Below are positions 14,137-31,119 of a stretch of 64,000 bases of DNA, one piece after another. Under the pieces are notes generated by a model. It was not told where the DNA came from and searched no databases. It worked only from the letters and a program-made list of their open reading frames with translations. The stretch lies in assembly GCF_009914755.1 (NCBI RefSeq), contig NC_060936.1; one strand, written 5' to 3'. This DNA comes from the human T2T-CHM13v2.0 reference genome, Homo sapiens. Numbering within the stretch: position 1 is the stretch's first letter; the number at the start of each line of letters is the position of its first letter. The translations under genes were made by a program, and so were the position numbers.

Positions 14137-14258
14137 TTTTTTTCAACTTGGGATCTCACTATGTTGCCCAGGCTGGTCTCAAACTCCTGAGCTAAAGTGA
14201 TCAAACTACCTCAGCCTTCCAGAGTGCTGGGATTACAGGCATAAGCCACCACGCCCAG
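14137..14258 (-). mobile_element. FLAM / Alu monomer
   Basis: Left-monomer match. Confidence 0.85.
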
Positions 14259-15257
14259 TGACACTTTTGATTACTTTTTGCAACTACTCTCTTTGGAATG
14301 AAAGAAACCACTGATTCTGTCACCCACCTATATGCTACGTGAGGTAGCTACTTGAACAGCAAGAGCACAGAGCTAAGCTCGTTAGTTCCCACTAGTCAGA
14401 CAAGCTCATTAAATTACTTGCTCTGACACTTAATTCCTATGTAACTTTAGGCAAGTCACTTAATCTACTCAAATGACTCTTACTTCATCTACAAAATGTA
14501 TACAATGTCAACTTGATTCATAGGGTTATTGTGAGGGTATTAAAAAATGTGTATGTGTACGTTATATTATCATTTCTAAATTCAGGGCCATCTTTTTCCT
14601 AAAGCTCCTAGACTATTTAAATCATTTCAATTTATGCAAAAAAACAAACTGAAATCTCAAAAGAAAAAAACTACAGATATTTCAGATCTCTAATTCAACA
14701 AATTGAAAAGGCTTGGGTTATTGAGTGCCTGTTATACGTCAAACACAGTGCTTGAGGCTTCTGTGTTTCATTCTACTGAAACCTCACAACAACCCAGATA
14801 ACAGAAGACATTAAGTTCAGTTTGTAGAAAAGAATATAGAAGCAAGCAAAGGCTAAATAGTTTATACAAAGTCACTCAGTTAACAAGAAGTGGAGGTAGA
14901 ATTTGACACCAGGTGAAGGTCTACCTTACTCCAAAAGCTTACCCACACAGGATAACACACAAAAAATGGAGAAAATATCTGGATCAAAATTAAAGGTTTC
15001 AAAAAACAAATGATTAAAAAAAAGATCCCGTATGAATATATATAACACTTTAATTAAACATAATTTGCAGAACCCAGGGAAAAGAGACTGCAAGATGTCG
15101 ATCCAGAATTTCTTTAAGGCTTATGTCCAAATGGAGTTATAGGAATGATGAAAGAAAATAAGTGAAAGTAAGATAGACTTCCCTTACAAAAGAACAAAAT
15201 AAAGCAATGCAAAAATGGGTCTTACAGAGATGATAGTCTCACAAAGCAGTATCTTAC

Positions 15258-15322
15258 CTTTTCAGACAGAATATCTGAGGTACTAATTCTTCTTGTTAAA
15301 TTTTGTTCTTTATCTTGTAATC
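15258..15322 (-). CDS. ZFC3H1: ZFC3H1 exon 3 (65 nt)
   Basis: ttaaag|GATTACAAGAT...GAAAAG|gtaaga; (G)LQDKEQNLTRRISTSDILSEK; frame fits. Confidence 0.93.
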
Positions 15323-16235
15323 CTTTAAAATAAAATAATATCTTTTGAATAATCCAAAAGATAGCCACAATCTAAAATAAAATAATCCTATATAATATCT
15401 GGTAATTATTTTAAAAGAGATCATTAAAGGGTCTCATTTTCTCAATCTCTCAACCAAAAGGAAATACCATTAAAGAGAATGAAAATCTGAACAAACTCTT
15501 ATCAGCCTCATTCCTCAAAGTTATAAGGCAAAATGATTCAAAATATTAAAATAAAGCCACACTTTTAATAAAATGACTTCTGAACTAGAAATAGTCACTT
15601 CAAATGAGAAGAGAATTTATAAAGCATAGAAACAAGCAGCAACACTTAATTACCAAGTGGATTATCCACACTGATAGAATATAATGATGACTAAATTAAT
15701 CCAGTCCTCTAAATTGGAATGAATGCAATGTTTACAGACTGTATTGGATTTGTGCATTAGAGAATTGGTCATTTACCTAGAAAAGCATCAGTAGAGGCAG
15801 CTTAAGTATCAATAAAATTAAGTCCATCCATACATTTTTTCCAGATATCTAGCCTTGGGCCCAGATGACTGATGAAATAATGTACAAAATCTTACATTTA
15901 TATATTACCTAATCTACAACAGCTTTAAACATCACATGATAAAGTTACAGAATATCTACAATCCTGTTGAGATACTTTTGTAGCTAAAACAGATTATGTT
16001 AAAAACTCAGAAATCTTTCCTTAAGATGACAAAACTGAAATTGCAAAGCTAGGATTTAAACTAGATCTTAATTTTAAGTCTGGTGTTTTTACCATAACAC
16101 CACACCTGTCAATGTTCCAAACATCCTAATTTGACTGCTCAAGTGAACCAAAGAATACGTGACTTATTCAATAAATAAATGACTAATCTAGCATCTAAAT
16201 CAATGTAAATAGAAGGCAATGACCAAATTTCAAGA

Positions 16236-17165
<930 letters not shown>

Positions 17166-17415
17166 GCTTTTAAAAACAACAGAATAGTAATAACTATTAT
17201 ACAAAAATAAACAGGGAAACATTAAACACTAAATTATTCTCCTACATGAGAAACTTATGAGTTTCATTAAGTCATGAGAAATCTACTGGTTGATTAGGAT
17301 CTCACTTGTCTATAAAAAATGGCAGCACCTCCCTTTAACGTAGCATAGAGGCAAGTATCTATTAACATAGCAGGTACCTTATGACTACATTGCTACCTTA
17401 AAAATAAATACAATA

Positions 17416-17791
<376 letters not shown>

Positions 17792-18269
17792 TTAATAAAT
17801 ACAATAAATTCAATAAATACAAATTTCAGACAATAAATATAACTTTACACAAAGATTATAAATGCAGGTTTAAACTGATCAAATGGGTAGCTAGACATTG
17901 TTCTACCACTGTCATAGGTCTGTACAATAAAATTATCTCAAGTTTTACTCAAAACCTCCAAAATGAACACTGTTCTTGTCACACAGTATTTAAAATATTA
18001 CCAACTGAAAGTCTAATGTGAGCCAAAGTCACCAGCACACAGGTAGTAGTTAAAACCATAATAATGAGAATATCCCTAGAAAATGGGACACTGAGGACAT
18101 GACGAATTAAGAAATTACACAGGAAAAGTAATTATTTAAAACAAACAAAAGACAGAAAACAAAAATCAGAAAGTTATTTTTAAAATCCATTGCAGAAATC
18201 CCAAAATTTCAAGGGAAGAAACATATCACTGAATATAGTAGAGATGTCTACCCCCAATAGAATATTCTC

Positions 18270-19050
18270 AGCAATGCAGCCAGAGTGATGCCTTAAAAAT
18301 ATAAAACAGATTATGTCAGTCCTTTGCTCAAAACCCTGTAAGAGCTCCCCATTTCATTAGGAATAAAAAAACAAAGTTCTTACAAGGCTCTGTCTATAAG
18401 ATCTGCCCCCTCCTGCCATCTCTAATCCCTTCTCTCCCATTATTCATTCCCCTCACTCTCCTGTATTAGCACAGGACTCCTTGTTATTCCCCAAACATGT
18501 CAGGCATCTTTCTGTATTATGGTCATTTCTCTAGTTCAGCGATGCCCAAACTTCAGCATGTAGCAGAATCAACAGAAGGGCTGGTTAAATACAGATTGCT
18601 AGGCCCCATTTGCAGAGCTCCCAGTTCAATAGATCTAAGGTAGAGACTGAGAATTTGTGTTCTGTCAAGTTCCCAGATAACGCAGTCCCCAGGAACCACA
18701 CTTTGAAAATCACTGCTCTAGTTATTCCTTTTGCATAGGAGCCTCTTCCACCAGATATCCATTTGGCTATTCCTTTACTGTCTTCAAAGTCTTTCTTTAA
18801 ATCTCACCTTCAAATAGACACCATGCTGACCACCCTATTAGTGCTGCAACCTGTATCCTCAATATCCCTTTCCTACCTACCCTGCTATACTTTTTCTCTT
18901 TCATAACAGTTAATTTACACATCATGTTTACTGTTTTGCCTTCTAAAATGTAAGCCCATGAAAACATAAGTGACTATTTTGTTCACCAATTTATTTCCAA
19001 GAGCCTGGAATAAAGTGCTCAACTAATTTTTGAATAAATGGAAGAATGAA
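18270..19050 (+). mobile_element. L2 3' region
   Basis: Typical L2 3' motifs, ending CCTGGAATAAAGTGCTCAACTAATTTTTGAATAAATG. Confidence 0.65.
18537..18715. mobile_element. MER5A hAT MITE nested in L2
   Basis: CAG...CTG termini with perfect 8-bp TSD CTCTAGTT (18529-18536 / 18716-18723). Confidence 0.85.
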
Positions 19051-21242
19051 ATAAAAAACATCCACTAAAATTTGCAATTAGGTCACAGAAAACTACCATG
19101 AGTAGTTTCAGTATTGTGATGGGGGTAGAAAAGCAAACTGTATTGGGCTAATAAGGCAATGAGAAGTAAAGTCAAAAGCTGGTACCGACTAGACCTCTCA
19201 GAAGTCTTATTGAAAAGAGGAAGAATACTTGACATAATTTAAGAGAGAATGTAGGATGAGGTGGAAGAGGATTTCCATTTTTGGATGGAAAAGTCAAATA
19301 TATTAAGAACACCCTAAGGAGACAATGGTTCAAGATAAAGCAGAATAAATAAAGCAAGGTCCCAGAGAAGGCAGAAGTTAGAGCCAGGAGAACAAGTTAA
19401 AACAAAATGGCCATGAACAAGACAGTCGTTACCCTCAGGGTGAAAGAACTGAAGTGAAAACTGATATGGATTACAAACAAGTTTATGGTCAGAAAGTGAA
19501 AAGCTGGAATTGAGTGTGATCACCTCCAATAAGAAGCAAGCTTGTATACGGACAATAATAAAGGTTGAGTAAAAGGCCTGCAAAAATTATGAAGGTATAG
19601 AAGAGTTGTCAAGAGATATGGAAAAAAGGCTCACCAATAACATAAGTTTGACAGTAGAGTCTTGCTGAGGATTGGTGGGGAAATATACATGTAGAAACAT
19701 TTATATATATAATTTACTGATTCAGATGACATTTTAGTTCCTTTGATTTTCCTCCAATCACTCTTCCATACTGATGCCAGTTATTTTTCCAAAACACACA
19801 TCTGATCACATCATTTTCTTGCTTAAAAATATTTAATAGCCCACCCAACGTTTAAAAGACAAAATTCAAATTCTTTAGCAAAATATTAAAGGCCTTCCCA
19901 ATCCAACACTAACCTGTCCTTTTATAATTTTATGTCCAACCACTCACCAAAAAAATACCGTTATCTCTCACACTGCACACATATTTGATTAATCTCAATG
20001 CCCTTAAAAAGCCCTCTGTGCCTGTCTACTCATTTGATTCCTTCTGACTTCCCCAGTGGAAAAGATTCATCTTTCCAGATGTATATCAAACATTTACATC
20101 TCTATGAAACCTTTCTAAATCCAGGTGAGGATATTTAATCCTTCCCGTGTTACTCCAGACTTTCACACATAACTCATATTATACTCAATGATAGAGATTT
20201 GTGTCTTTTCTATCCCTCTGTGTTATACTTCTCAAAACTGCTTGTGTAGAATCATAGTACTAAATTGAAGAGGGGAAAGAAAGGCATCTCCCTGAGAATG
20301 TGCAACCCAAAATAATCATCACTTAGGTCTGCAACCAAATTCACACCATATGGACAGCCAGTGAGGGTTGAACTGATTCCAAGGCTGAAGTCTTTAGCAA
20401 ATTCTCTCTGGGGAATGCATCTTTGTCCCAGGTCTCAAAAACTTCCCACCACTAAAATTCAAAAAAAAAAAACGACCATCTCATATTACAACAAAACAAA
20501 ATCACTAAATGTTCAAGAAAAGAAAGTACCAAAAATGAGTAATAACAAAACAAACATCAGAAATCAAACCCCCAAAGACCTGAGATACTGAAAATTAGCA
20601 GGGATAGGAGATAAAACAAAACAGACCTATGGTTAATTTGTTTAAAGAAACAAAGATAAAGCTGAAAATATAAGCAGGGAGAAGAAAAGTGGAAAGAATG
20701 ATCAAAGTGATTTGAAAACAAAACAAAAATGAAATAGTAAAACAAAAACTGTAATTGAAATGTAAAACTCAGTAAGTGGGCTTAAGGCAAATCGAATACA
20801 GCAGAAGAGAGAATCAGTAAAACGAAAGATGTATCAGAGGAAATTTTCCAGAATTTGTCAATTACAAAGTGACAGAAACTTAGAGAAATGAAGAGACATG
20901 AAAGATAAAGTATGATGACTTAACATAACATACATCTATACAGAGTTCCAAAAAAGAGAGAGAATGGGATAATATTCTAAGAGATAATGATCATTTTTTC
21001 AGAACCACTGCAAGATCCAATCCAGATTCAAGAAACAACAAATTCCAAGCTGGATACATAAAAAGAAATCTACAATCAGCACATCACACAGTTCAACTAC
21101 AGAATATCAAAGACAAAAAGGATCTTTAAAACAACCAAAGAAAAAAGATTATCTTCAAATTGGAAACCATTAAGACTGATAGATGAGTTTTGAAAATCAA
21201 CAATGGAAGCCAGAAAATATTGTCAGTAAGAATATAATTAGG

Positions 21243-21540
21243 GGCTGGGTGTGGTGGCTCATGCCTGTAATCCCAGCACTTTGGGAGGCCAAGGCAGGCG
21301 GATCACTTCAGGCCAGGAGTTTGAGACCAGACTGGCCAACATGGCGAAACCCCAGCTCCACTAAATACAAAAATTAGCCGGGCGCAATGGCATGTACCAT
21401 AGTCCCAGCTACTCAGGAAGCTGAGGCATGAGAATCACTTGAACCCAGGAGGCGGAGGTTGCAATGAGCCAAGATAGTGCCACTGCACTCCAGCCTGGAT
21501 GACAGGGAAAGACTTTGTCTCAAAAACAAACAAACAAAAA
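21243..21540 (+). mobile_element. Alu
   Basis: Alu consensus match. Confidence 0.92.
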
Positions 21541-21664
21541 GCATATAATTAAACAACCTAGAATTCTAAACCCAGGGAAAATATCTTTTAAAAAGAGTAA
21601 ACGGAAATCGTTTTCCACCCAGCAAAAACACATTTTTAAAAAAAAAGTCTAAAGAATGTATTTA

Positions 21665-21951
21665 AGCACAGAGCATGGTGGCTCACACCTGTAATCCCAG
21701 CATTTTAGGAGGCTAAGGCAAGAGGATCATTTGAGCCCAGGAGTTTGAGACCAGCCTAGACAACATACTGAGACCCCATCTCTACAGAAATTTTTAAAAC
21801 ATAGCCGGGCATGGTAGTACATGCCTGTGGTCCCAGCAACTCAGAAGGCTGAGGTGGGAGGATCACCTGAGCCCAGGAGGTCAAGGCTGCACTGAGTCAT
21901 GATCATACTCCTGCACTCTAGCCTGGGCAACACAGTGAGATCTTATCTAAA
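21665..21951 (+). mobile_element. AluJ
   Basis: Diverged Alu with GAGCCCAGGAG. Confidence 0.88.
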
Positions 21952-24393
21952 ACACACACACACAGAGAATATATTTATACATATATAATTCCAGACATGA
22001 TACAAAGAGTGAGCCAAGAAAGTGCTAAATATATAGGCAAAGCTAAGCAAATATCATTCTTTGTATTTCGGGGAAAGAGTAAGGTTCCTGATTAACTTTA
22101 AACACTGGTAGGAATATAAGACCAGAAATTTAGTATCCAACTTCCAAACTAGCAAATGAAAAAAAATTGTGTGAAGAAAAATAAGAGCCTAAAAAGAAAA
22201 AAAAGAAGAAGAAATAAAACCAAATGTCAATAATCATAAAAAATGTGAGTAGACTATACGTTCAAGCTAAAGGACAAAGATTGTCATACTGAATTATAAA
22301 TTAAAACCAGCTCTATACTATGCACAAGTAATATCCGAGACATGAGGATACAGAAAGACTGAAAGAGTGGGAAATTATATAAAGAGAAAGATGATGTGGC
22401 TATTAATATAAGACAAAATAGTCTTTTAGGCAAAAACATCAGAGATAAAGTCACTACATAATGACTCAATTACCCACCTTCAAAGTATTTAAAGCAAAAA
22501 GTAAAAATCACAAATCCATCATCATACTGGCAAATTTTAACAAACTCCTCTTAGTAACTGATCAAGCATATCAAAAAATAAAAAAAGTGAACAACACAAA
22601 AAGCTCAAGTAATCTATAAATTCATTTCAAACATACACAGAACTCTTACAAAAAACTGATTACATACTGGACAATAAAGGAAGTCTCCAAGTATTTCAAA
22701 AGATTGGTTATCATAGCAATCTTATTTTCTGACAGTATGATTGACTTAGATATCAATAAAAAATACTGCTAGACAACCTACATGTTTAGAAGAAACATAC
22801 TTCCAAGCAGCCTACAAGTCAATGAAAAATAAAAATTAGAAAATATTCAGAATGAATGAAAAAAGTTAAATAACCCAACTTGAGACAGAACTAAAGTCAA
22901 ACTTTATGGCCTAAAATGATCTTAATAGGAGAGAGGCTGAAAACTGAGTTTAAAAACTTATGTACTTATTTCAGGGTAAATTAAAGAAGAGAGCAGGGAA
23001 AAAAAAGGTACAACTTATAAATACTACAGATAAAAAAGTAAAGGATTCTTAAGAACAATTTTTATAACTTCTGTAACTTACAGGAAATAGACACATTACA
23101 AAAAATATAGAGTTTACATAAACTGTCTTAACAGAAATAGAAAACACGAAGTTAGATTAAAACTTTCTCAGAAAAAAACTCCACCCAGGCCCAGACACTT
23201 TTATCAGCAAGATCTACCAAGTATCTCAGAATGTTTCCAATCTTAAACTATTACAGAGAATAAAGATGAAAACAGCCCCAACTAATTTGAGTATTATAAC
23301 CTTACACTAAAAACTGTCAAGGAAAAAGAGGGGGGGGAAATTACAGGCTCTGAACACATAAAAAATTCTAAACAAAACACTAGCAAACCTTCATTTGTAA
23401 TAGCCGAAAGTTGGAAAAACCCAAACATAATTGGGAAATGGATGAACTACAGTATGATGGGATACACAGAACTACTGACATATACAATTACATGAATGAA
23501 TTTCAAACACATTATGCTCAATGAAAGAAGCTATAATGAAAGGCAATATACTGTATGATTCCATTAGTGTGACATTCTGGAAAAGGCAAAACTATAGGGA
23601 CAGATCAGTGGTTACCAGGTGAACTAAGGGCTGAGGGACGGGATAACTACAAAGACACTTGGAGAAACTGTTTGAGGTTGATGAAAGAATTCTGTATCTT
23701 AATGGTAGCTGGTGATGGTTACCCACTGTCTACATTTGTCAAAACCTGAAGAACTACACACTTATTCATTTATAATGTTAAAAGATAAATTTTACTGTAT
23801 ATAAATTATATCTTAATAAAGAGGAAAAGAAAAAACAAGCCAAATCCATGATTTAAAAATGGTATATCATAAACTGTATTAAACGCAAGCATACAAGGGT
23901 GGTTTAATACTAGAAATAAATTATATAATTCATTACACTAACAAATTAAAATAAATTAGATGCTCATCCCAATAATGAAGAAAACAGATTTTGTAAACTT
24001 CAACATCCATTCACGCTGAAAATTTCAAACCAGGAATAGGAGTAAAACCCTCCTTTACCCGATAAGGGATACCTACAAAAAAATTAACATCATATTTAAT
24101 GGTAAATGTCAAAACCATTTTCTTTAAATTAGGAAACAAAGGTGTCCACTATTATCACTTATGTATAACATTCTATTATAGAGGCCAGAATGTCAGGCAA
24201 AAAATAAATAAATAAATAAAGACTAAAAGTAAACAAAATTAGTAATTATTCAATGATATGAATGTCTACATAGAAAGTACAAAAGAATTTACAGATAATT
24301 ACAATCATTTCAATGAAGTACACTGCCAAAACAAGTAGTTACTACTTTAGAGGAAGAAGAGTCATTACTAACTGAAATATTTAATTCCATTAC

Positions 24394-24810
24394 CTTGACT
24401 AGAATCAGTAGTGTCGGATTTCAGGGAAAGTGGTTTTGCTCCATCTTTAACTTTTTTCAAACGGTTCTTATCTCCTGGTAAAGTCAATTTTTGCCTGAGT
24501 GGTTTTAATTCAAATGCCTGAAAAGTTTTGACTTGTGTTTTCTCCTCAGGAGCTACTTCTTTACTTGAATCCTTTGTAATACTGACATTATCAGTGCTAG
24601 TTTGGTCCTCGAAGTTCAATGTTTTAGGATCTTCCTGCACATTCTCTTCTTTGCTACTCAATGCTAGTTTTTCATCCTTATTGATGCATTCTAGTTCCAA
24701 CTGTATTTGTTTATACTTTAAAAGCAAATCTTCAAAAGTTTCTTCCACACAGTTTTCATTTTTTGATGAATAATTTTGTTTTCTTGATGGAGACCTTCCA
24801 AAACTTTTGG
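24394..24810 (-). CDS. ZFC3H1: ZFC3H1 exon 2 (417 nt)
   Basis: TTTCCTTAATATGCTGTTCAG|CCAAAAGT acceptor; SKSFGRSPSRKQ...TTDSSQ; CAAG|GTAATG donor; phase 1-1. Confidence 0.96.
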
Positions 24811-25215
24811 CTGAACAGCATATTAAGGAAACCAGTTTCCAAAAATTTTCCACAGTTAAATTTAACAAAAAAACTTAGATTATAGATGAATTTTCTCCCT
24901 TTTTAATTTTTCAAGAAAAATGAATCGATATTTTTAAATTACTAAATTCCATTTAATGTATGTGCAGCTAATGCCCACTTTCATTACGTGCCCATATTTG
25001 AATTTAGTAAGTACCATATAAACAGTCCACTTACAAAATCACTAGTGTCATAATTACCAGTAGTATCCACAGACAGTCCACCTAGTTAGGTTATAGCATC
25101 ATTCCTTCTGTGCCAGGAAAGTCCATAATTAGCTGTATGTTAGAGATTATTTTCTGAAGGAAGAGGGGAGAAACTGAATGCTTTGTCACAGATGCGGATA
25201 GTTTACACTTCAGGG

Positions 25216-25521
<306 letters not shown>

Positions 25522-25776
25522 TTAAAATAGTACTCAAAATATATCTATTTTTCTCCTACAGACAAGGGAAAATGTTATGAAAATAATCTGAAGCAACTGT
25601 TCTTACTTTCTTCTCTAACACAGTGATACACAAAAGGTAACTTTTTCCTTAGAAACAGCTACAAAATTTCAAACTACAATTTTTATTCTAAACAATTCAT
25701 ACACGAGAATTGTTATACCTCATTTTTCCAGGCCAGATATTAGCAAGAGAAAAGACAGTACCTCCTGTGGTTTTAA

Positions 25777-26097
<321 letters not shown>

Positions 26098-28348
26098 TAT
26101 AGATTATTTTCAGTTGGCTAGGATGTAAAATACAGTACCCCAAATACGGTTCTTCTGTTTAAACACCTCACAGGGCAAGCAGCAGAAAAGGTTTTTAAAC
26201 TCTCCTGATGACCAGTTCTAAAAATGAGAATTACCATCATCTAAGAAACAAAAATAAGCAATAAGTACATCTGAAAATCTTAACAGTTCTACAGCAAAAC
26301 TGTTCTAGTAAATCTCTGGTTCTCTGATCTCTTCAAAGCCAAGTATCCTGAAAGAAAACTAGTTTCTCTGTACCCTTCTTACCAAATGGAATCTGGTTTC
26401 TGTCCCATTAATCTAGAGAGACTGCTGTGGCTAAGTTTCCCTATCAATGTTTTCAAACTTTATTTTTTTTTACCTGACCCCTCTGAGAATCTGACACCAT
26501 AAACCACTTCTCTCTTGGCTTCCATAACTCCGCATCTCCCTTTGTTTCCCTATTTGTGTTTTGTCTTTTAAGTCTCCATTGAGTCTTTTCTCTCTAACTT
26601 GTGAAATAATGGTGCTCTTCAGGGAGCACTACTTAGCCTCTTTCTCATTTTGAGCATTCTAATGCACCTCCACAGTTTTACCTACCACAGGAGAGTTTAC
26701 CCTGGTGATAAGATATTTCTCTTATCTCCTACAAGCCATCCTTCATACTGCTGCTGCCAGAGTAATCTTTCTAGAATACAAATATAAGATCATTCCCCTT
26801 GTTTAAATTTCCCTAATAAAAAAGTCCAAAATCCTGAGAATAAATATAATCTGACCTGTGCTTTCCTTTCCAAACTTACTTTTTCCTTGTTCATCACAAT
26901 TTTTGCATAGCTTTGTGTCTAAGTTTGTCTGTTCTTCAACTTAACCCCAATTCAAGTGTCACCTCTGTGAAGCCTGAGTTTCTCACTCTCCCTTCCCCTC
27001 TTACACACTCTTTGTATGTAAGTTCTGTAATTATCTGCATTTACATCTTACTTTTCACTGGAGCCATTTAAAGGCACAACTGCAATTAAAAAAAAAAGAA
27101 AAGAAAGGGAAATGATTAAATACACTAACAAAAATGCTAAATAGAAAAATAAGGAAAAGCAATTGAGTTACAACTATAACTGACTAATCTCCTTCAAGGC
27201 TAAAGAAAATCTATCCCTATCTATACAGAAGCCTAAGATCAAACCAACACTTACCAGATTTAATTTTAAGCTTGTCAAGATACAATTTCTAACTGAACCT
27301 TGGTTTAAACAAAAAGAAGTGCTATTCAACCTTTTCAGCTGCAGCTGAAAATGGAATGACTTTTTACTGATGAGAGACACTAGCCTAATTATGTTAGCTC
27401 TCCTCAGATTTGAAAGTTTAAAAGAGTAGTCATTCAAGGGAGACATGCTAAGATGTACTGACAAAGTGTCTATCATTAAGAAAAATTAAGGGTGAAAATA
27501 AGAACTGCAATTGAATCTAGTTTATTCTATTTCTTTAAAGTTGCAACTAGCATATCTTAGTTATTACAGTGAAAGGAGTTATGGCAAAAATAGAAATAAA
27601 CCCTATACTCAGGCTACTTTACTTCTAAATTACAGAAATATGCCACAGAGTAACCTGCATTCTTTCTTTATACAGTATTTGTAAAATAAAAAAGGTATTA
27701 TTATAATCACATAGTGGAAATATGAATTAAACTGAGTACAACCTTGATATTAAATAAATTTGAATGAAGTGTTGTAACAAATATTTTGTTTGCTCACATT
27801 ATATAAAAGTAGCTGGGAACTACGTTTTCCTTCTCAAATTCTTAAAAAGAACACCACCTCTAGGATGGATTACTGATACTTCATAGGGAAAACAATGAGC
27901 AGGACATCAAAACAAGCATCCTTTTAAGTGCAGCATCTGTGAAAAGAAAAACAACAAGATATCTTATTTATGACAAGTTACTACGGAAATCAAAGTCACA
28001 CAAGCAGACTGGATATTTTCTGGTACTTTTTTTTTTTTGCAACATCATATGCCAGTTTACTAATAAAAACATGCAAGCTTACCAATTAATAAAGGTCTAT
28101 GGTAGAGGCCCAAAATAGTATTGAATAAACACGCAGAAAGAGGACAAAAGCAGAAAGCCCACTCACCTCCCCCTTTTCTAATACAGAATAAAAATTTTAA
28201 GAAAAACCTTTGAGCTCCCATAGTACTTTTTTATATACATACTTCAGTTTCAACTTTTTATACTAAACTGCAACTACTTATTTTCATTTGTTTCCCTAAT
28301 ACAAACTACAGGTTTCATCTTTGTACCTTTAAAAAACACATATAAACT

Positions 28349-28467
28349 GGTGGCTCTCGCCTATAAATCCCAGCACTTTGGGAGTCTAAGGAAGGAGGAT
28401 CTCTTGAAGCTACAAGTTCAAGATCAGCCTGGGCAACATAGCAAGACTTCGTCTCCCCAAAAAAAAA
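28349..28467 (+). mobile_element. FLAM / Alu monomer
   Basis: Left-monomer match. Confidence 0.8.
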
Positions 28468-28530
28468 TTTTTTTAAATAAATTTAATAAAAATTTTTTTT
28501 AATTAAAAAAATTTAAAAACCATCCACATT

Positions 28531-28879
<349 letters not shown>

Positions 28880-28993
28880 TCAAAATAGACCACAAATCCA
28901 TGGATTAAGAAACACCGTGGGCAGAGGTTTTCTAACCTTCTTGGAAGAACCATTTGCTGGCTTTTAAAAAGTTAAATATCTATATAATTTTCC

Positions 28994-29288
28994 TTTTTTT
29001 TTTTTTTTTGAAACGGAGTCTCGCTTTACCGCCCAGGATGGAGTGCAGTGGTGCAATCTCTGCTCACTACAACTCTGCCTCCCGAGTTCAATCGGTTCTC
29101 CTGCCTCAGCCTCCCGGGTAGCTGGAAATACAAGCACCCAACACCACGCCTGGCTAACTTTTTTATTTTTAGTAGAGACAAGGTTTCACCATGTTGGCCA
29201 AGCTGGTCTGGAACTCCTGATCTCAAGTGATCCACCGCCTCGGCCTCTCAAAGTGTTGGGATTACAGGCGTGAGCCACCACGCCTGGC
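28994..29288 (-). mobile_element. AluS
   Basis: Alu consensus match. Confidence 0.9.
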
Positions 29289-30521
29289 GCCTACATGATT
29301 TTCTCCGAAACAATCCTGAAATACTCCTAACCCAACTTTTGGTTGCAGAAGTAAGGTTTTTCAGGGAACTAGCATCAGAAGCTGCTGTTTCTCACCTAAA
29401 TGTACATTCCTTGCCCCTTTTACATCATGACATTTGAGAAAGACCTATTCTGGACCTAAGTGTTCTATAAAAGTAATTCTGATTGTCTTCCAAATAACTG
29501 TCATTACTTTTAAGTTTCATATATAATAACGAAATTAAAAATCATCACACTATGTGAATTACAACCAGTAATGAAAGTCTTTAAACAATTTTTGCAATGA
29601 TCACAGATTAAGTCAAGATAGTGTTTTACAAACCCATTATAAAACAGGAAACCTTCGGATGATTGATTCCTCTGTATAAATGCTGAGTAAACTCAGTAAT
29701 GTTTAAAACTGAGAATAAGGTTAGAAGTAGGAAAAATCTGGAATGTTACTATTTCCTTTCTCAACTTACCCGTAATCTCCACCCTCGCATACACATTCCT
29801 CCACTCTAACGTATTAAAATAAAAATGCTGATAAGTTTATCTTTCTCTCTCTGGCCCTCATTTAGTCAGCACGAAGTTACACAATGTGCAAAAGTGAACA
29901 CAGATAGAAACGTAAAGGAGGTAAAGTGTTCCAAAAAGATCAAATGAATCAAAAAGCTCTGAAACAGACTTGGTAAAGACACCAGAGTTGTTTTTTTTTT
30001 ACCCCTCCCCCCCCCACTTTAAAAGGCAGCAACCGGAATAAATCAAGATAAAAACAGAATCACAAAAATAGTGCAGGACTGTGCAGATTAAAACTTTACA
30101 ATTTTCAACGTCAAACTGCAATATGATAAAGCAACAATATTACTTAAACTGTTTATGAATATTTTTTCTCTAACAATCCAAGTCAACTTCATATAAAACA
30201 CAAAGTTTCTGTACCAGCAAAAATACAAATGCTAATGAAACTTGGGCTTCTAAGGTATTATTACAAATCAGACTTAACTGTCTTAGATTTCATAAGCTTA
30301 ACCCAATCCACAGCACGTTAATATACCCAATGAAGCAGTCTTAAGAATAACGCTATAGTGTGACACATGGGGAATTACCAAAGAACAACTTAAAGTATAC
30401 TGACACAGGGAGAAATAAGCGGTTCTGATGATTCAAAGTTACACTCGTCTCACAGACCTAGTAATGACGCTAAAGGGAACTTTAGTGACACACCCAGCGC
30501 CGACCGCCACGTTAAGGATAC

Positions 30522-31119
30522 AGCTCTTCCGAGGTGGAGAGGGCTCTCGCCAGCTCTGACTGCTGCTGAACCCGGATCCTGCTCCTCCTCCCAGAGGAGG
30601 TCTGCACCCCGGCTTGCCTCCTCGCTCACCCACTCCTCGCCCCCGACTCCAGCGACTCCCACCCCGGTAAGGCCTGCCTCGAAAGCGGAAACGGTCCAAG
30701 GCGAGGTGGCTCCGCTCCCAGAAAGACGGCCGGGGACTGCTTTCGGACAGTGAGCTCGAAGGCATCCGTACAGAAGGCGGATGAGACCGGAACGGTTCTT
30801 TGGGTCGGTAGCTGCTGGGTCCCCTGAGGTGGCCCCGCTCAGACGCGTGCCGCGAGCGTGAGAAATTCCTCAGCTGCTGCTGAGAAGAGGACGATGACGA
30901 GGAAGAGCCACCGCCTCCGCCAGATCCACCGCCCCGGGCCGAGTGAGGAGGCCTTCGCCGCGGATAGGGTAACAGCCCGCCGCCGCTGCTGCTGCTGCTG
31001 CTCCGACTCCGTATCTGGCTGTTATTATCGTCGTCACTGATTTCCCCATCTTCAAGCTCCCCTTCTTCCTTCGGCGAGAGGCCACTGGAGGCCGGGGCCG
31101 GAGTATCTGCGGTCGCCAT
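30522..31119 (-). CDS. ZFC3H1: ZFC3H1 coding exon 1 (598 nt; EEGELEDGEI motif, Ser/Gly/Arg-rich low complexity)
   Basis: ATG at 31119-31117; ends ...AAG AGC T|GTATCCTTAAC (U12-type donor). Confidence 0.96.

Larger units (their letters stand above)
20480..24320 (+). mobile_element. Ancient degenerate L1M (ORF1/ORF2 relics, plus a nested L1 3' end ~23390-23830), interrupted by two Alus
   Basis: Strongly A-rich plus strand with L1 motifs (CCTAGAATTCTAAACCCAG, CCAGGCCCAGAC, CAAGGGTGGTTTAATA). Confidence 0.7.

Noticed and set aside
30976-31002. (GCT)6/(CCG)3 triplet run as an expansion locus
   Set aside because: Short coding poly-Ser/Gly tract with no sign of instability from the sequence alone.
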